Shown: in pieces, positions 26,931 to 35,887 of the stretch
How the letters are laid out: every line of letters starts with the position of its first letter
Position numbering within the stretch: position 1 is the first letter of the stretch
Source: an uncultured Gammaproteobacteria bacterium
GTDB taxonomy: Bacteria; Patescibacteriota; Patescibacteriia; Patescibacteriales; UBA12075
Direction of reading: 5' to 3'
Length of the DNA stretch: 64,000 nt
Assembly: GCA_964459725.1 (NCBI GenBank)
Contig: CAYWNT010000007.1
Location: forward strand, 7,843 to 71,842
The notes under the pieces: generated by a model
Seen by the model: the letters and a program-made list of their open reading frames with translations, nothing else
Database searches by the model: none
Told to the model about the DNA's origin: nothing
Program-made: the position numbers and the translations under genes

Positions 26931-27398
26931 ATGGGAGAAAATACAATCACTAGAAAAGAATTATTAGAAGCTATTGATTCTGCTATTAAACCTCTAAAAG
27001 AGGAAATGAAAAAAATTACCAAAAAGGATAATCTGTCTATTTGTTTTCCTGTGGAAATTTTTTATGAAAATTTAAAAAAGTGTCTAAGTGGTAAAATAGA
27101 GGATCCGTCAGATATTCCTTTTGACATGGATAGTTTTATAAAGTTTGTTTCTAAGTGCGGATTTTTCAAAAGAGGCTCACTAAAGGAGATTAGTGACAAG
27201 AGGTATCAAATACAAATTGAGGGTTGCGATAGAATTAGCGAGTGTACTCATCCTAGATTAAATCCAGAGAACAAGGTTTGCCCCCTGGCATTAGTTGCTG
27301 GAGCATTTCTAAAATTTAATTATCCAAATTCGCATGTAATTGTAGAGCCATCTAAATTTACACCGCAAGATTCAATTACCAATATTGATATAAGCTGA
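26931..27398 (+). CDS. hypothetical protein
   Basis: 155 aa. The C-terminal Cys pattern (CDRISECTHP..VCPLA) is only vaguely V4R-like. Confidence 0.55.
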   Translation: MGENTITRKELLEAIDSAIKPLKEEMKKITKKDNLSICFPVEIFYENLKKCLSGKIEDPSDIPFDMDSFIKFVSKCGFFKRGSLKEISDKRYQIQIEGCDRISECTHPRLNPENKVCPLALVAGAFLKFNYPNSHVIVEPSKFTPQDSITNIDIS

Positions 27399-27732
27399 TA
27401 AGAAATTAATAGCTTGTAATTACTATATTTAACTAAAACTTTGCCTAGGCAAGGTTTTTTGTTTAGATGATTATTTTTTAACGATATTTCCGGTATATTT
27501 AGCACGAATATGCACTAATTTTCGCAAATATTTTTTATTTCTTCAAAAAACCAGCAAAAAAGAGCACATGTTACTGCTAGAGGTTGACAAAAATTAAAAA
27601 ATGTGTTAATATTACAGTACTATATTTTGTATAGTGTTGTTCTTTTTATGTTGGGAAATGAGTTCCTAACAATAATAAATTTTCTTTGAGTTTAGGTTTA
27701 TGAGAAATCTAGACGATGAAAAGGAGGTTCAC

Positions 27733-28509
27733 ATGAAAGTAGCAATTTTTATTCCGGCATATAACGTAGAGAAAACTCTCCCCAGTTTAATTGAAGAATT
27801 TGAGGATTTAGAGCAAATATTGAGATTGCGTGGTCATAGCCTGGATGTTCTAATTATAAATGACTGCTCAAGCGATAATACCGGAAAAGTCCTCGAGCAA
27901 GGAGCTGAAAAACACTTATGGCTTCAGGTCAGACACAACACAGAAAATCTAGGCAATGCCCGTAATATTATTTCAGGTTATGCTTGGAGTGTTGACTCTG
28001 ATGTAGATGTGGTTGGATGTATGGATGCTGATGGAGAGCATTCGCCGTATGCGATGATTCGCCATCTCAAGATGATGGAAAATAATGAGTGCGATGGTGT
28101 AGTAGGAAGTATTATTTTTCCAGATCACAATAGCCCCAGTTATCATGATAGAAATATGATGAGATTCTTGGGCGGCATGCAATCAGAAATTGCTGGAATT
28201 GACGGTATGTTCTATATCCAAGCACCAGGTTACAACCTACATCAACGTCATCGAGTGGCGCAAGCTTTGGAACTTTTCGAAAAGTACAAAGAGTTCTTTG
28301 CTCAAAACACCGACAAAGAGCTTCCTCGTTGGGGGTTGCATGCAGTAATGATTCATCTCATTTCTGTTGGTACTGGTGGGAGAATCAAGGCCGTATATTT
28401 GGAGTGCTTTGGTCAATCACCAAATCGTACCCCAGAAAAACTTATGCTTCAGTCAGACGCAGCAAATACTCACGTAGTTCTCTTGAGTAAATTTATGCCA
28501 AAAATCTAA
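27733..28509 (+). CDS. family 2 glycosyltransferase
   Basis: AAGGAGG SD before ATG 27733. VAIFIPAYNVEKTL.., INDCSSDNT, MDADGEH (DxD-type) motifs. Confidence 0.8.
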   Translation: MKVAIFIPAYNVEKTLPSLIEEFEDLEQILRLRGHSLDVLIINDCSSDNTGKVLEQGAEKHLWLQVRHNTENLGNARNIISGYAWSVDSDVDVVGCMDADGEHSPYAMIRHLKMMENNECDGVVGSIIFPDHNSPSYHDRNMMRFLGGMQSEIAGIDGMFYIQAPGYNLHQRHRVAQALELFEKYKEFFAQNTDKELPRWGLHAVMIHLISVGTGGRIKAVYLECFGQSPNRTPEKLMLQSDAANTHVVLLSKFMPKI

Positions 28510-28549
28510 ATAAGTACTCGCCCCTTATTAAACAAAGGAGGATTAAATA

Positions 28550-29488
28550 ATGAACTGGGTACTATTTTCGTTTTTTGGTGCTTTTTTCCAGGCATTGGAA
28601 AATGCTATAAAGAAGAAAGCGTTACAATCTCAGGGAATGAATAACGTAATCGCAGTAATCGCATATTTATTTGCCGGAGCCTTGATAGCGATGTTGTATT
28701 TTTTCTATAACGGAACATTGTTGCCAGAAACAAATCTATCATTGAGATTTTGGTATAGCATAATCGGAGTATCCTTTATTAACGCCATCGCAGTTTGGTT
28801 TAACTACAAAGCACTTGATGCTGCGGACCTGAGCTACCTGATGCCGTTCATGACTCTTACGAGTCTATCGTTAATAATTCCCCCAATGTTTCTTTTGGGT
28901 GAATTTCCGTCTGGAATAGCTATGATAGGTATTACAATTATTGTTGTCGGTGCCTTAATGATGGATTGGAAACGATCAGGAAAGGAATTATCTGCAGAGG
29001 AAGTCGAAAACAGGAGAAATAACCACAAAGGAATACTTTATTTCCTTGGAACAGCAGCGTGTTACACATTTACACCTACCATCATGAAAATATCTATTAT
29101 TGAAAGCAATGTTTTGTTTGCGACATATCTAGTTCATCTCATGATCGGTGTAATTTTCATTCCTCTTATTTTTCTAATTCCTGTCGCTAAGGGAGTAAAT
29201 CGAAAGAATAATCTTTCGATAATAAGAGAAAGCTTAAAGGGAGAGTATAGAAAAACTTTTTTGTTAGCAACTCTAGCGGCTGGCGTAGCTATTGCTATTG
29301 CCAATGGAAGTATAAATTTTGCTCTTAATTCAGCTTCGGTGGCCGAGGTGTTTGCCATAAAACGCACAATGCCACTGTTTGCGTTTATAATTGCAATTTT
29401 TTACTTTAAAGAAAGAAAAAATTTAATCCAAAAAATTATTGCGACAACGGTTATGGTAATCGGGGCGATAATTATAACTTTAGCATAA
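28550..29488 (+). CDS. EamA/DMT-family transporter
   Basis: 312 aa, about 10 TM helices arranged as two repeats. Confidence 0.65.
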   Translation: MNWVLFSFFGAFFQALENAIKKKALQSQGMNNVIAVIAYLFAGALIAMLYFFYNGTLLPETNLSLRFWYSIIGVSFINAIAVWFNYKALDAADLSYLMPFMTLTSLSLIIPPMFLLGEFPSGIAMIGITIIVVGALMMDWKRSGKELSAEEVENRRNNHKGILYFLGTAACYTFTPTIMKISIIESNVLFATYLVHLMIGVIFIPLIFLIPVAKGVNRKNNLSIIRESLKGEYRKTFLLATLAAGVAIAIANGSINFALNSASVAEVFAIKRTMPLFAFIIAIFYFKERKNLIQKIIATTVMVIGAIIITLA

Positions 29489-29576
29489 TGCTTTTGTTCA
29501 TCCCCGGAGTCTTAATAAAGACTCTGGGGATTTTTTTATTTAAAAATAATAATCTTAAATTTGTATACAATATACA

Positions 29577-29623
29577 AAAAACAGCCTCATCCGAGACTGT
29601 TTTTATATTGTGCGCCCAGCAGG
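29577..29623 (-). repeat. 47-bp near-identical copy of the tRNA-Lys 3' end (13 nt) plus its terminator (original about 29775-29820)
   Basis: aaaacagcctcatYcgagactgYttttatattgtgcgcccagcagg occurs twice with two mismatches. Confidence 0.85.
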
Positions 29624-29807
29624 CCCGCCTGCGCCAAAAGGCTTCGGCGGGTAAAATTCTCACTTCAGGTTTTTTATGGTTGGTGATAATTGTTGCGCTT
29701 GTTTTGATAATTATTATTTTAGCTCTCCTTACTTGTTGTAAATGCAGGTTCGAATTTGCTAAAACACACAATATAAAACAGCCTCATTCGAGACTGCTTT
29801 TATATTG

Positions 29808-29880
29808 TGCGCCCAGCAGGATTCGAACCTGCGACCATTTGCTTAAGAGGCAACTGCTCTACCAACTGAGCTATGGGCGC
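29808..29880 (-). tRNA. tRNA-Lys (anticodon CTT)
   Basis: Reverse complement: gcgcccatagctcagttggtagagcagttgcCTCTTAAgcaaatggtcgcaggttcgaatcctgctgggcgca. Confidence 0.9.
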
Positions 29881-29956
29881 TACTACGCGTAAAGCTTCGT
29901 AGCGCAGGCTGAGCTGTTTAAAATCTAGCCTGCCATTCAAAGCTTTATGCGAAGGA

Positions 29957-30033
29957 TGGTAGCAGGGGCGGGGCTTGAACCCGCGACCTCAGCGTTATGA
30001 GTGCTGCGCTCTAACCACCTGAGCTACCCTGCC
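29957..30033 (-). tRNA. tRNA with CAT anticodon (Met elongator or Ile2), CCA encoded
   Basis: Reverse complement: ggcagggtagctcaggtggttagagcgcagcaCTCATAAcgctgaggtcgcgggttcaagccccgcccctgctacca. G1-U72 and A31-C39 are non-canonical. Confidence 0.8.
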
Positions 30034-30089
30034 ATGTTAATAGTGTGGTTACTATAGTATTTTATATTCAATTGTTAAATTGTTATTAT

Positions 30090-30213
30090 GTGCACCCGGA
30101 AGCCTGCCTGCCGGTAGGCAGGGACTCGCCCCGGTATACACCAGGGTGCTTCGCAAACCCTCAACCTCTTGGTCCGATCCCGAGTACTCGGGATTATCCA
30201 GTATTATAGCTAG
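30090..30213 (-). pseudogene. degenerate partial copy of tRNA-Arg (D-arm to 3' end) carrying three inserted hairpin/palindrome segments
   Basis: Shares gtgcacccggaag (13 nt) and aaccctcaacctcttggtccga (22 nt) with the intact gene. Inserts include the palindrome tcccgagtactcggga (30178-30193) and the 24-nt element at 30102-30125. Confidence 0.7.
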
Positions 30214-30287
30214 TGCACCCGGAAGGACTCGAACCCTCAACCTCTTGGTCCGAAGCCAAGCGCTCTATCCAGTTGAGCTACAAGTGC
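30214..30287 (-). tRNA. tRNA-Arg (anticodon TCG)
   Basis: Reverse complement: gcacttgtagctcaactggatagagcgcttggCTTCGGAccaagaggttgagggttcgagtccttccgggtgca. Two G-U pairs in the acceptor stem. Confidence 0.85.
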
Positions 30288-30498
30288 GAAACGAAACAGT
30301 TGCTTCTAGCTCCGGTAGAACCGGAGAGCTACAAGTGCGAATTTTCGTATGCAAAAAACTCCTCTACGGAGTTCTTTTTGATAATAACATATGAGTTAAA
30401 ATAAATCAAGACAGATTGACATTTTTCGCAATTTATGTATAATTAGATAAAATTGTTCATTTTATTCTTTTGTATTTACATAAAAAAGGAGAGAAATT

Positions 30499-31146
30499 AT
30501 GGAAATTAATAGCTTTAACCCAGAAGAGGCAATCATTTGGTTGATGATTTGTATTTTAATGTTGCTTGTTTGTTTGGTTTCTTATTTAGTTACCGATCGT
30601 TTTAAGAAGTTGAAGCGTTATATTGTAGTTTCAAGTCTTATGGTAGTATTTTTTTGTACGTCGATTTTGGGACTTAGTATTTTTGTGCCAAATAAGTCTA
30701 TGATTATTAGTAATGATTTACAAGAAATTGTTCATGTTAACCAGGGTTCTGTTTTTGCGATTTTTAGAAATAATGAGATTTTGGAAAATTGTAAAATCGT
30801 AAGTTTTAAAAAAGGGATTATTGATAAAATTTTTATGAGTTTTAATCCTATTTCAGTAAATCCGAAAGTGAGAGAAATTTCATATAGTGTTGAACTAATG
30901 AGCATCGAGTCTCCCGAAGAAGCGCTTAATAGGTTGAAATTTGAGAAAGAAGTTCGGCCTTTGAAGGACCATCTAAAATTTTGGTTGTATGAATTTCATG
31001 AAAAACACGGAAAGGAAATCGCCGAATTTTACAATCCGGTTAATGAAAAGCAACAACAGAAATTTTCTTCGTTGTTAAAAGATTTCATTTCACCTCATTT
31101 AGAGAAAACTGGTGTTGAGATCTCCAACGTTCGTTTCAATTTATAG
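30499..31146 (+). CDS. hypothetical two-TM protein
   Basis: 215 aa with AAGGAGAG SD and two N-terminal TM helices. Confidence 0.6.
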   Translation: MEINSFNPEEAIIWLMICILMLLVCLVSYLVTDRFKKLKRYIVVSSLMVVFFCTSILGLSIFVPNKSMIISNDLQEIVHVNQGSVFAIFRNNEILENCKIVSFKKGIIDKIFMSFNPISVNPKVREISYSVELMSIESPEEALNRLKFEKEVRPLKDHLKFWLYEFHEKHGKEIAEFYNPVNEKQQQKFSSLLKDFISPHLEKTGVEISNVRFNL

Positions 31147-31164
31147 AATTAAAAGAGCCGTCAA

Positions 31165-31728
31165 TTAATTTGACGACTCTTTTTTAATTACTTCAATTGT
31201 TTGTTTGACTGCCTTATGGAGCTTCCCATCCTTATTCATTACTTCATAGTCATAAACATCTTTATGCTTTAACCATTCTTTGGTGTATTCCATTCTCTCT
31301 TTTATAAACTCTTCACTGGCGTTGTCCCTTTTCCTAATCCTTTCTGCGATTTGATTCAGGGGTGCGTTTATCATGATAGCCACTGCGCTATCTTTTAGTA
31401 GGCCTTTTGCTGTGATAACCCCCTTGTATTCTATTTTCCAAATTGGAATTTTGCCACTGTTTCTGACTCTTTCTATTTCTTCAAATGTTACTCCGTAAAG
31501 ATTGTCATTGTACTGTCTGGCCCATTCAAAGAATCTATTTTCTTCTATGCCTTTTTCAAAATCTTCTCTTTCAATAAAATAATAAGGGCTTCCATTAGAT
31601 TCTCTCTCCCGCATTTTTCTAGTCGAAGTAGTAATGACCACTTCAATATCAAAAGTTTTTTTCAGTTCATTGATGATGCTATCCTCTCCGGCTCCTGATG
31701 GTCCGGAAATAATAAATATTTTAGACAT
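31165..31728 (-). CDS. gmk: guanylate kinase homolog with an atypical P-loop (GPSGAGED)
   Basis: 187 aa. ..TTSTRKMRERESNGSPYYFIEREDFE..FFEWARQYNDNLYG matches the Gmk core. The P-loop Lys codon reads GAG. Confidence 0.75.
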   Translation of the reverse strand: MSKIFIISGPSGAGEDSIINELKKTFDIEVVITTSTRKMRERESNGSPYYFIEREDFEKGIEENRFFEWARQYNDNLYGVTFEEIERVRNSGKIPIWKIEYKGVITAKGLLKDSAVAIMINAPLNQIAERIRKRDNASEEFIKERMEYTKEWLKHKDVYDYEVMNKDGKLHKAVKQTIEVIKKESSN

Positions 31729-31742
31729 ATATTTAAAACCAC

Positions 31743-32705
31743 CTATTTGATTTTTTTTAACAACTCCTTTAGCTCTTTTGGTAGATCGATTTTGTAGTTT
31801 TTCTTTTCTCCCTTGAGGTCACTAAATTCCAGTTCATCAGCCACAAGAAATATTCTAACCATTTTTAATTTCATATTTTTATCCTTTGCAGTTCTGTTGC
31901 CATAAAGATGATCACCTACCAATGAGTGACCATAAGCGGACATGTGAACTCTGATTTGATGAGTTCTTCCTGTCTTTATTTTCACTTTCAGTAGGGTGAA
32001 GTTGATATAGCGTTTTACAATGTCGAATTTTGTGTTGGCCACTCTGCCAGAAGTATTTTTTTCACCCTTCACGGTGAGCGCCTTGGCTGCCATCTTGAAG
32101 CCTTTTTTACTTCTCTCTATTGGAAAATTTATTTCATCTGATTCTTTTTGAACCTGACCGAAGGTGAGAGCGGTGTATTTCTTTTTTACCTTTCTATTTT
32201 TGAACTGACTCTTGAGATGATCAAAAAAATCCTGAGAACGAGCCACCACCATGAGCCCGCTAGCTTCCTTGTCTAGTCTGTGAACAATACCAGGCCTCAT
32301 CGGGTCGTCTCCTATTTTTTTTATCTTGGGGAATTTTTTTTCCAAAATGTCGCTGAGTGTCGTTTCTTCAATATGCTCACCACCATGCACTATGAGTCCG
32401 GGCGGCTTATTAATAACCAAGTAGTCTTTATTCTTATCAACAATTTCAATATCCTTGAAGCTAATTTTTTTTACTTCCTTAGAATCATCCTTAATCTTTA
32501 CTTTTTTTATTTCTAGCCTCAGTATTTTTATCTTGTCGTCTTTTTTCAGCTTGTAGTGAGGAGTTACTTGTTTTTTATTAATTAAAATATTTTCAGTTTT
32601 AATCAATTTTTGTATTTTAGATCGTGTCAGATCAGGGAGTTCTTTTGTTAAAAAAACATCCAGTCTTTGCCCGGCGTTTTCATTTGTGATAATTATATTT
32701 TTCAT
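31743..32705 (-). CDS. rluD: RluA/RluD-family pseudouridine synthase with an S4-like N-terminus
   Basis: 320 aa. HRLDKEASGLMVVA catalytic motif and ..GRTHQIRVH... Confidence 0.88.
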   Translation of the reverse strand: MKNIIITNENAGQRLDVFLTKELPDLTRSKIQKLIKTENILINKKQVTPHYKLKKDDKIKILRLEIKKVKIKDDSKEVKKISFKDIEIVDKNKDYLVINKPPGLIVHGGEHIEETTLSDILEKKFPKIKKIGDDPMRPGIVHRLDKEASGLMVVARSQDFFDHLKSQFKNRKVKKKYTALTFGQVQKESDEINFPIERSKKGFKMAAKALTVKGEKNTSGRVANTKFDIVKRYINFTLLKVKIKTGRTHQIRVHMSAYGHSLVGDHLYGNRTAKDKNMKLKMVRIFLVADELEFSDLKGEKKNYKIDLPKELKELLKKIK

Positions 32706-32781
32706 TCAGTTTATTTGTATTTGTTAGATAATTAAGTATAATCGGAAAAGAGAAATAATGCAAATTAGAAGACAGATCAAT

Positions 32782-33906
32782 CTAAAAGTTTAAAAAATTA
32801 TCTACCATTAAGTCGAGCCTAAATTTTTCCTCTGTTTTTGTTTTTGCTTTTTCTCCGAGCTTGAAACTTGAAAGTTTATGTTTGTATAGTTTTATTATAT
32901 TGTCTGAGAGATTATCACTATTTTCATTTTCTATTAATATTCCAGACTTGTCATGTTCTAAAATGTCCTCTAATCCAATTTGACTTTGTCCAATGATAGG
33001 TAATTGGGCAGACATGGCCTCGAGTGTGATATTTATATCTTTTATGCTAAGTTCATCGCAAATAGAAACAAAAACATCGAAATCATCAAACCATTTTCTT
33101 AAGAATTCCTGCTCTCCTACAAACCAAACAAGATTTTTGATATCCATTTTCTTTGTCAGCCATTGCAGGTTTTTTCTTTCTTTGCCGTCCCCTATAACAA
33201 CTAGTTGAACATTGGAAATAACAGTCGAGCATTTTTTTATGGCGTGAAAGAGGGTTTCAATATTTTGCATTTTTTCCAAGTTCGCGGCTGTGCCAACTGT
33301 GAAATGCTTCTTGCCATGATTGATGTGTTCATGCTTGGCAATATCCGAAAAAATATTTTCTTGTCTTTTAAAATTTTCGTTAATTATTCCAGGATGGATT
33401 AATTTAATTATTGATGATTTGGCAGTGAGTTTTTTTATATTATTTTCCGTAATAGAATCAAAGACTACAATAGAGGTTTTTTTTGAAAAAAGTTTGAATA
33501 AAAATTTGATTATAATACTATAATCCTTAATTTTATTTTCTGGCAGCTCTAGCCAGATAGTTTTTATTTTTAAAATCTTGGCAATAGGAGTGGCAGTAAT
33601 TTTCTCAAACCAATTAAGGCAGATTATTGTGTCTGTGTTTGTCTTGAGCTTGTTATAAAAAAGAAAAATAAACCAATAAGTAAAAATAAGAGGAAGTGAA
33701 ATGACAAAAAATATTGATTTGAAAAATGAAGGATCATTCAAAAAGAAAAATTTCCTCATCTTTTTGCTCCGTTCTTTTAGGATTTTGATACAATCATTTT
33801 TATGAGTTAAAAAAGTGATATTAACACCTTTCATTGAGACTTCATCTAGAAAAGGAAAAAGACCAGAGATGTCATATTTAGAATTTACAAAAAGTATATT
33901 TTTCAT
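32782..33906 (-). CDS. family 1 (GT4-like) glycosyltransferase
   Basis: 374 aa. The C-terminal half has the GT-B pattern (..VVIGDGKER.., ..E..SI..LEAMSAQLPIIG..). Confidence 0.75.
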   Translation of the reverse strand: MKNILFVNSKYDISGLFPFLDEVSMKGVNITFLTHKNDCIKILKERSKKMRKFFFLNDPSFFKSIFFVISLPLIFTYWFIFLFYNKLKTNTDTIICLNWFEKITATPIAKILKIKTIWLELPENKIKDYSIIIKFLFKLFSKKTSIVVFDSITENNIKKLTAKSSIIKLIHPGIINENFKRQENIFSDIAKHEHINHGKKHFTVGTAANLEKMQNIETLFHAIKKCSTVISNVQLVVIGDGKERKNLQWLTKKMDIKNLVWFVGEQEFLRKWFDDFDVFVSICDELSIKDINITLEAMSAQLPIIGQSQIGLEDILEHDKSGILIENENSDNLSDNIIKLYKHKLSSFKLGEKAKTKTEEKFRLDLMVDNFLNF

Positions 33907-33909
33907 ATT

Positions 33910-35361
33910 TTAATTTGTTTTTATATTTAGTATTTCCAGAATTTCTTTTTTGGTGATGCCTCTGAAGAGATAAATAAAGACAGAGTATACCAAGATAGCC
34001 GTTATAATAACAACAAAGAGATTGTTATACTGACTTTGTATCATTAGTTTGATAACCAGAGTCATAACCAGAGAGGCAGCAATCGATCTATAGACGATGT
34101 TGAAACTTGGAATGAACTTTGTGTATTTATATATAACATATCCGCTGGCGAGCGCCACTACAAGTTCTGAATAGATAGTAACCCAGGCGGCGGCGAAATA
34201 AGAAAAGTGCGGAATCAAGAAGAGATATCCAAAAAAAGAAGTAACGGCAATAAACAAATAAGCCCCAATAACTTTTTTCTGTCTCTCAATGGCAATGACT
34301 CCATGGGCCAGCATGTTTCCTAGGAAAATAAGTCCAACAGAGACGATCAGTAGTTGTAAAATCGGTCCGGATAGAGCAAAGTCCTTGCCGGCGACAAGAA
34401 CCATTATTTCTTCAGCTATAAACTGGGTACCAAAAACAATAGGTAGACCGATAATGGCCATGGCGTTGAATGATCTTTGCAAAACGTTTTTGAAATTTTC
34501 TGTCTCTTTCTTTGCCCAAAGTGCTGTAAGAATAGGTAGAACAACACCAGCGAACATGAAGGGCAGTGTAATCAGAACGTCAATTATCTTATAAGCCGCT
34601 CCATAGAGACCAACTTCTGCTATTATCCCAATCTCTGATTTTCTTTTTATTATAGAGAGTAGTAATGTGTCAGTTTTTAGATAAATGAGATTTAGAGTTA
34701 TGGTCATAGCCAGCGGCCAGGAAAGAATCAATATTTTCTTCCAATAACCCAGGTTGAATCGAAGTTTGATGATGGCGTATTTGCGTGAAAAATAAAAATG
34801 AAAAAGAAAGCTAACTAAATTTGCCAAAACAGTAGCAATCAATATTCCAGTAAGTCCGGTATTCATTTTCAGGGCGACAATAACTCCACCTACCATAAAC
34901 AGCCTGCTGATTGCCTCTGAGATTGCCACTTTATCCATGCTTAGCTTTTTTTGAAAGAGCCCAACCAAAACTTGGTTTAGGGCAATAAAGAGGAAAGATA
35001 GAGAGATGATGGCTACACCGTTTTTTATTTGGTCGCTGTAAGGCAAGAACAGCACTATGATTGGAGCAATTCCTAGGAAGAGAAGGGCGGTAACAAGACG
35101 CAATCCAAGTAGATTGCCAAGGATGTATTCTTCATCAGCATCCGGTTTGCTGATCATCTGGACGGTGATAATGGTTAGCCCTAAATCGGCAGTAATTGCA
35201 AACAGAGAAATGAAAGTAAGAATTGTGGTATATTCTCCAAATCCGGTTTGTCCAAGCTCTCTGGTTATAATAGCTATCGCAAGCAGAGCGAGAGTAGTAG
35301 AAATTACTTTACCAATAATCTGAACTAGGGTGTTGTATGCAATTTTTGTCGATAAACGCAT
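33910..35361 (-). CDS. Wzx/MATE-like polysaccharide flippase
   Basis: 483 aa with about 12-14 TM helices. Adjacent to glycosyltransferases. Confidence 0.75.
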   Translation of the reverse strand: MRLSTKIAYNTLVQIIGKVISTTLALLAIAIITRELGQTGFGEYTTILTFISLFAITADLGLTIITVQMISKPDADEEYILGNLLGLRLVTALLFLGIAPIIVLFLPYSDQIKNGVAIISLSFLFIALNQVLVGLFQKKLSMDKVAISEAISRLFMVGGVIVALKMNTGLTGILIATVLANLVSFLFHFYFSRKYAIIKLRFNLGYWKKILILSWPLAMTITLNLIYLKTDTLLLSIIKRKSEIGIIAEVGLYGAAYKIIDVLITLPFMFAGVVLPILTALWAKKETENFKNVLQRSFNAMAIIGLPIVFGTQFIAEEIMVLVAGKDFALSGPILQLLIVSVGLIFLGNMLAHGVIAIERQKKVIGAYLFIAVTSFFGYLFLIPHFSYFAAAWVTIYSELVVALASGYVIYKYTKFIPSFNIVYRSIAASLVMTLVIKLMIQSQYNNLFVVIITAILVYSVFIYLFRGITKKEILEILNIKTN

Positions 35362-35448
35362 GTGGGTTGTTTTATTTTTTGAATTGTTTTTTTGTGTATC
35401 TTTATGCTATAATAAAGATAAATTCATTAATATTATTATACCAAAACT

Positions 35449-35865
35449 ATGCAAAAAACCAAAAAAAAGTTATTAAGTTTGTTGATTTTGTTCACACTCT
35501 CCTTTTTTAGTTTTCAGTTGAAAACAGTGGATGCTATAGACTTGAGTCAGCAAGAAGGTTTTAGTGGTAGTGAAATTGGAACAGCCTTCGGTAATGGAAG
35601 TGGAGATAAAGATATAAAAAAAATAGTGGTAGACATAATTAAAATATTTTTGACTTTTATGGGAGTTATTTTCTTGGCTATTATTATCTTTGCGGGATTC
35701 AAGTGGATGACTTCCATGGGAAATAGTGGTAAAATTAGTGAAGCAACCTCGATGATGAAAAACGCTCTAATTGGACTTATCATAGTTATGTTTTCATATG
35801 CGATAACCTTGTATGTAACCAGAAACATGAACAGAGCCGTGTTTGATGATTATATGGGTGGCTAA
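35449..35865 (+). CDS. VirB2/TrbC-like (type IV secretion pilin-like) small membrane protein
   Basis: 138 aa. Signal peptide, then two TM helices flanking FAGFKWMTSMGNSGKISEATSMMKNALIGLIIV, the pattern seen in T4SS pilin-family proteins common in CPR genomes. Confidence 0.5.
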   Translation: MQKTKKKLLSLLILFTLSFFSFQLKTVDAIDLSQQEGFSGSEIGTAFGNGSGDKDIKKIVVDIIKIFLTFMGVIFLAIIIFAGFKWMTSMGNSGKISEATSMMKNALIGLIIVMFSYAITLYVTRNMNRAVFDDYMGG

Positions 35866-35887
35866 ATAGTCACATAAACAAACTCAA

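Noticed and set aside
30090-30213. Possibility that this GC-rich structured segment is SRP RNA or RNase P RNA.
   Set aside because: CCGGAAG resembles part of the SRP helix-8 region, but the conserved GGAA-tetraloop/AGCA context and the RNase P GAGGAAAGUCC motif are absent. The segment aligns block by block to tRNA-Arg instead.
29472-30404. ORFs 29472..29771(-), 29488..29892(+), 30052..30240(-), 30080..30394(+) and 30213..30404(+).
   Set aside because: All overlap the tRNA-Lys/Met/Arg genes and their partial copies. None has an SD, and the translations are dominated by tRNA-derived GC-rich codons.
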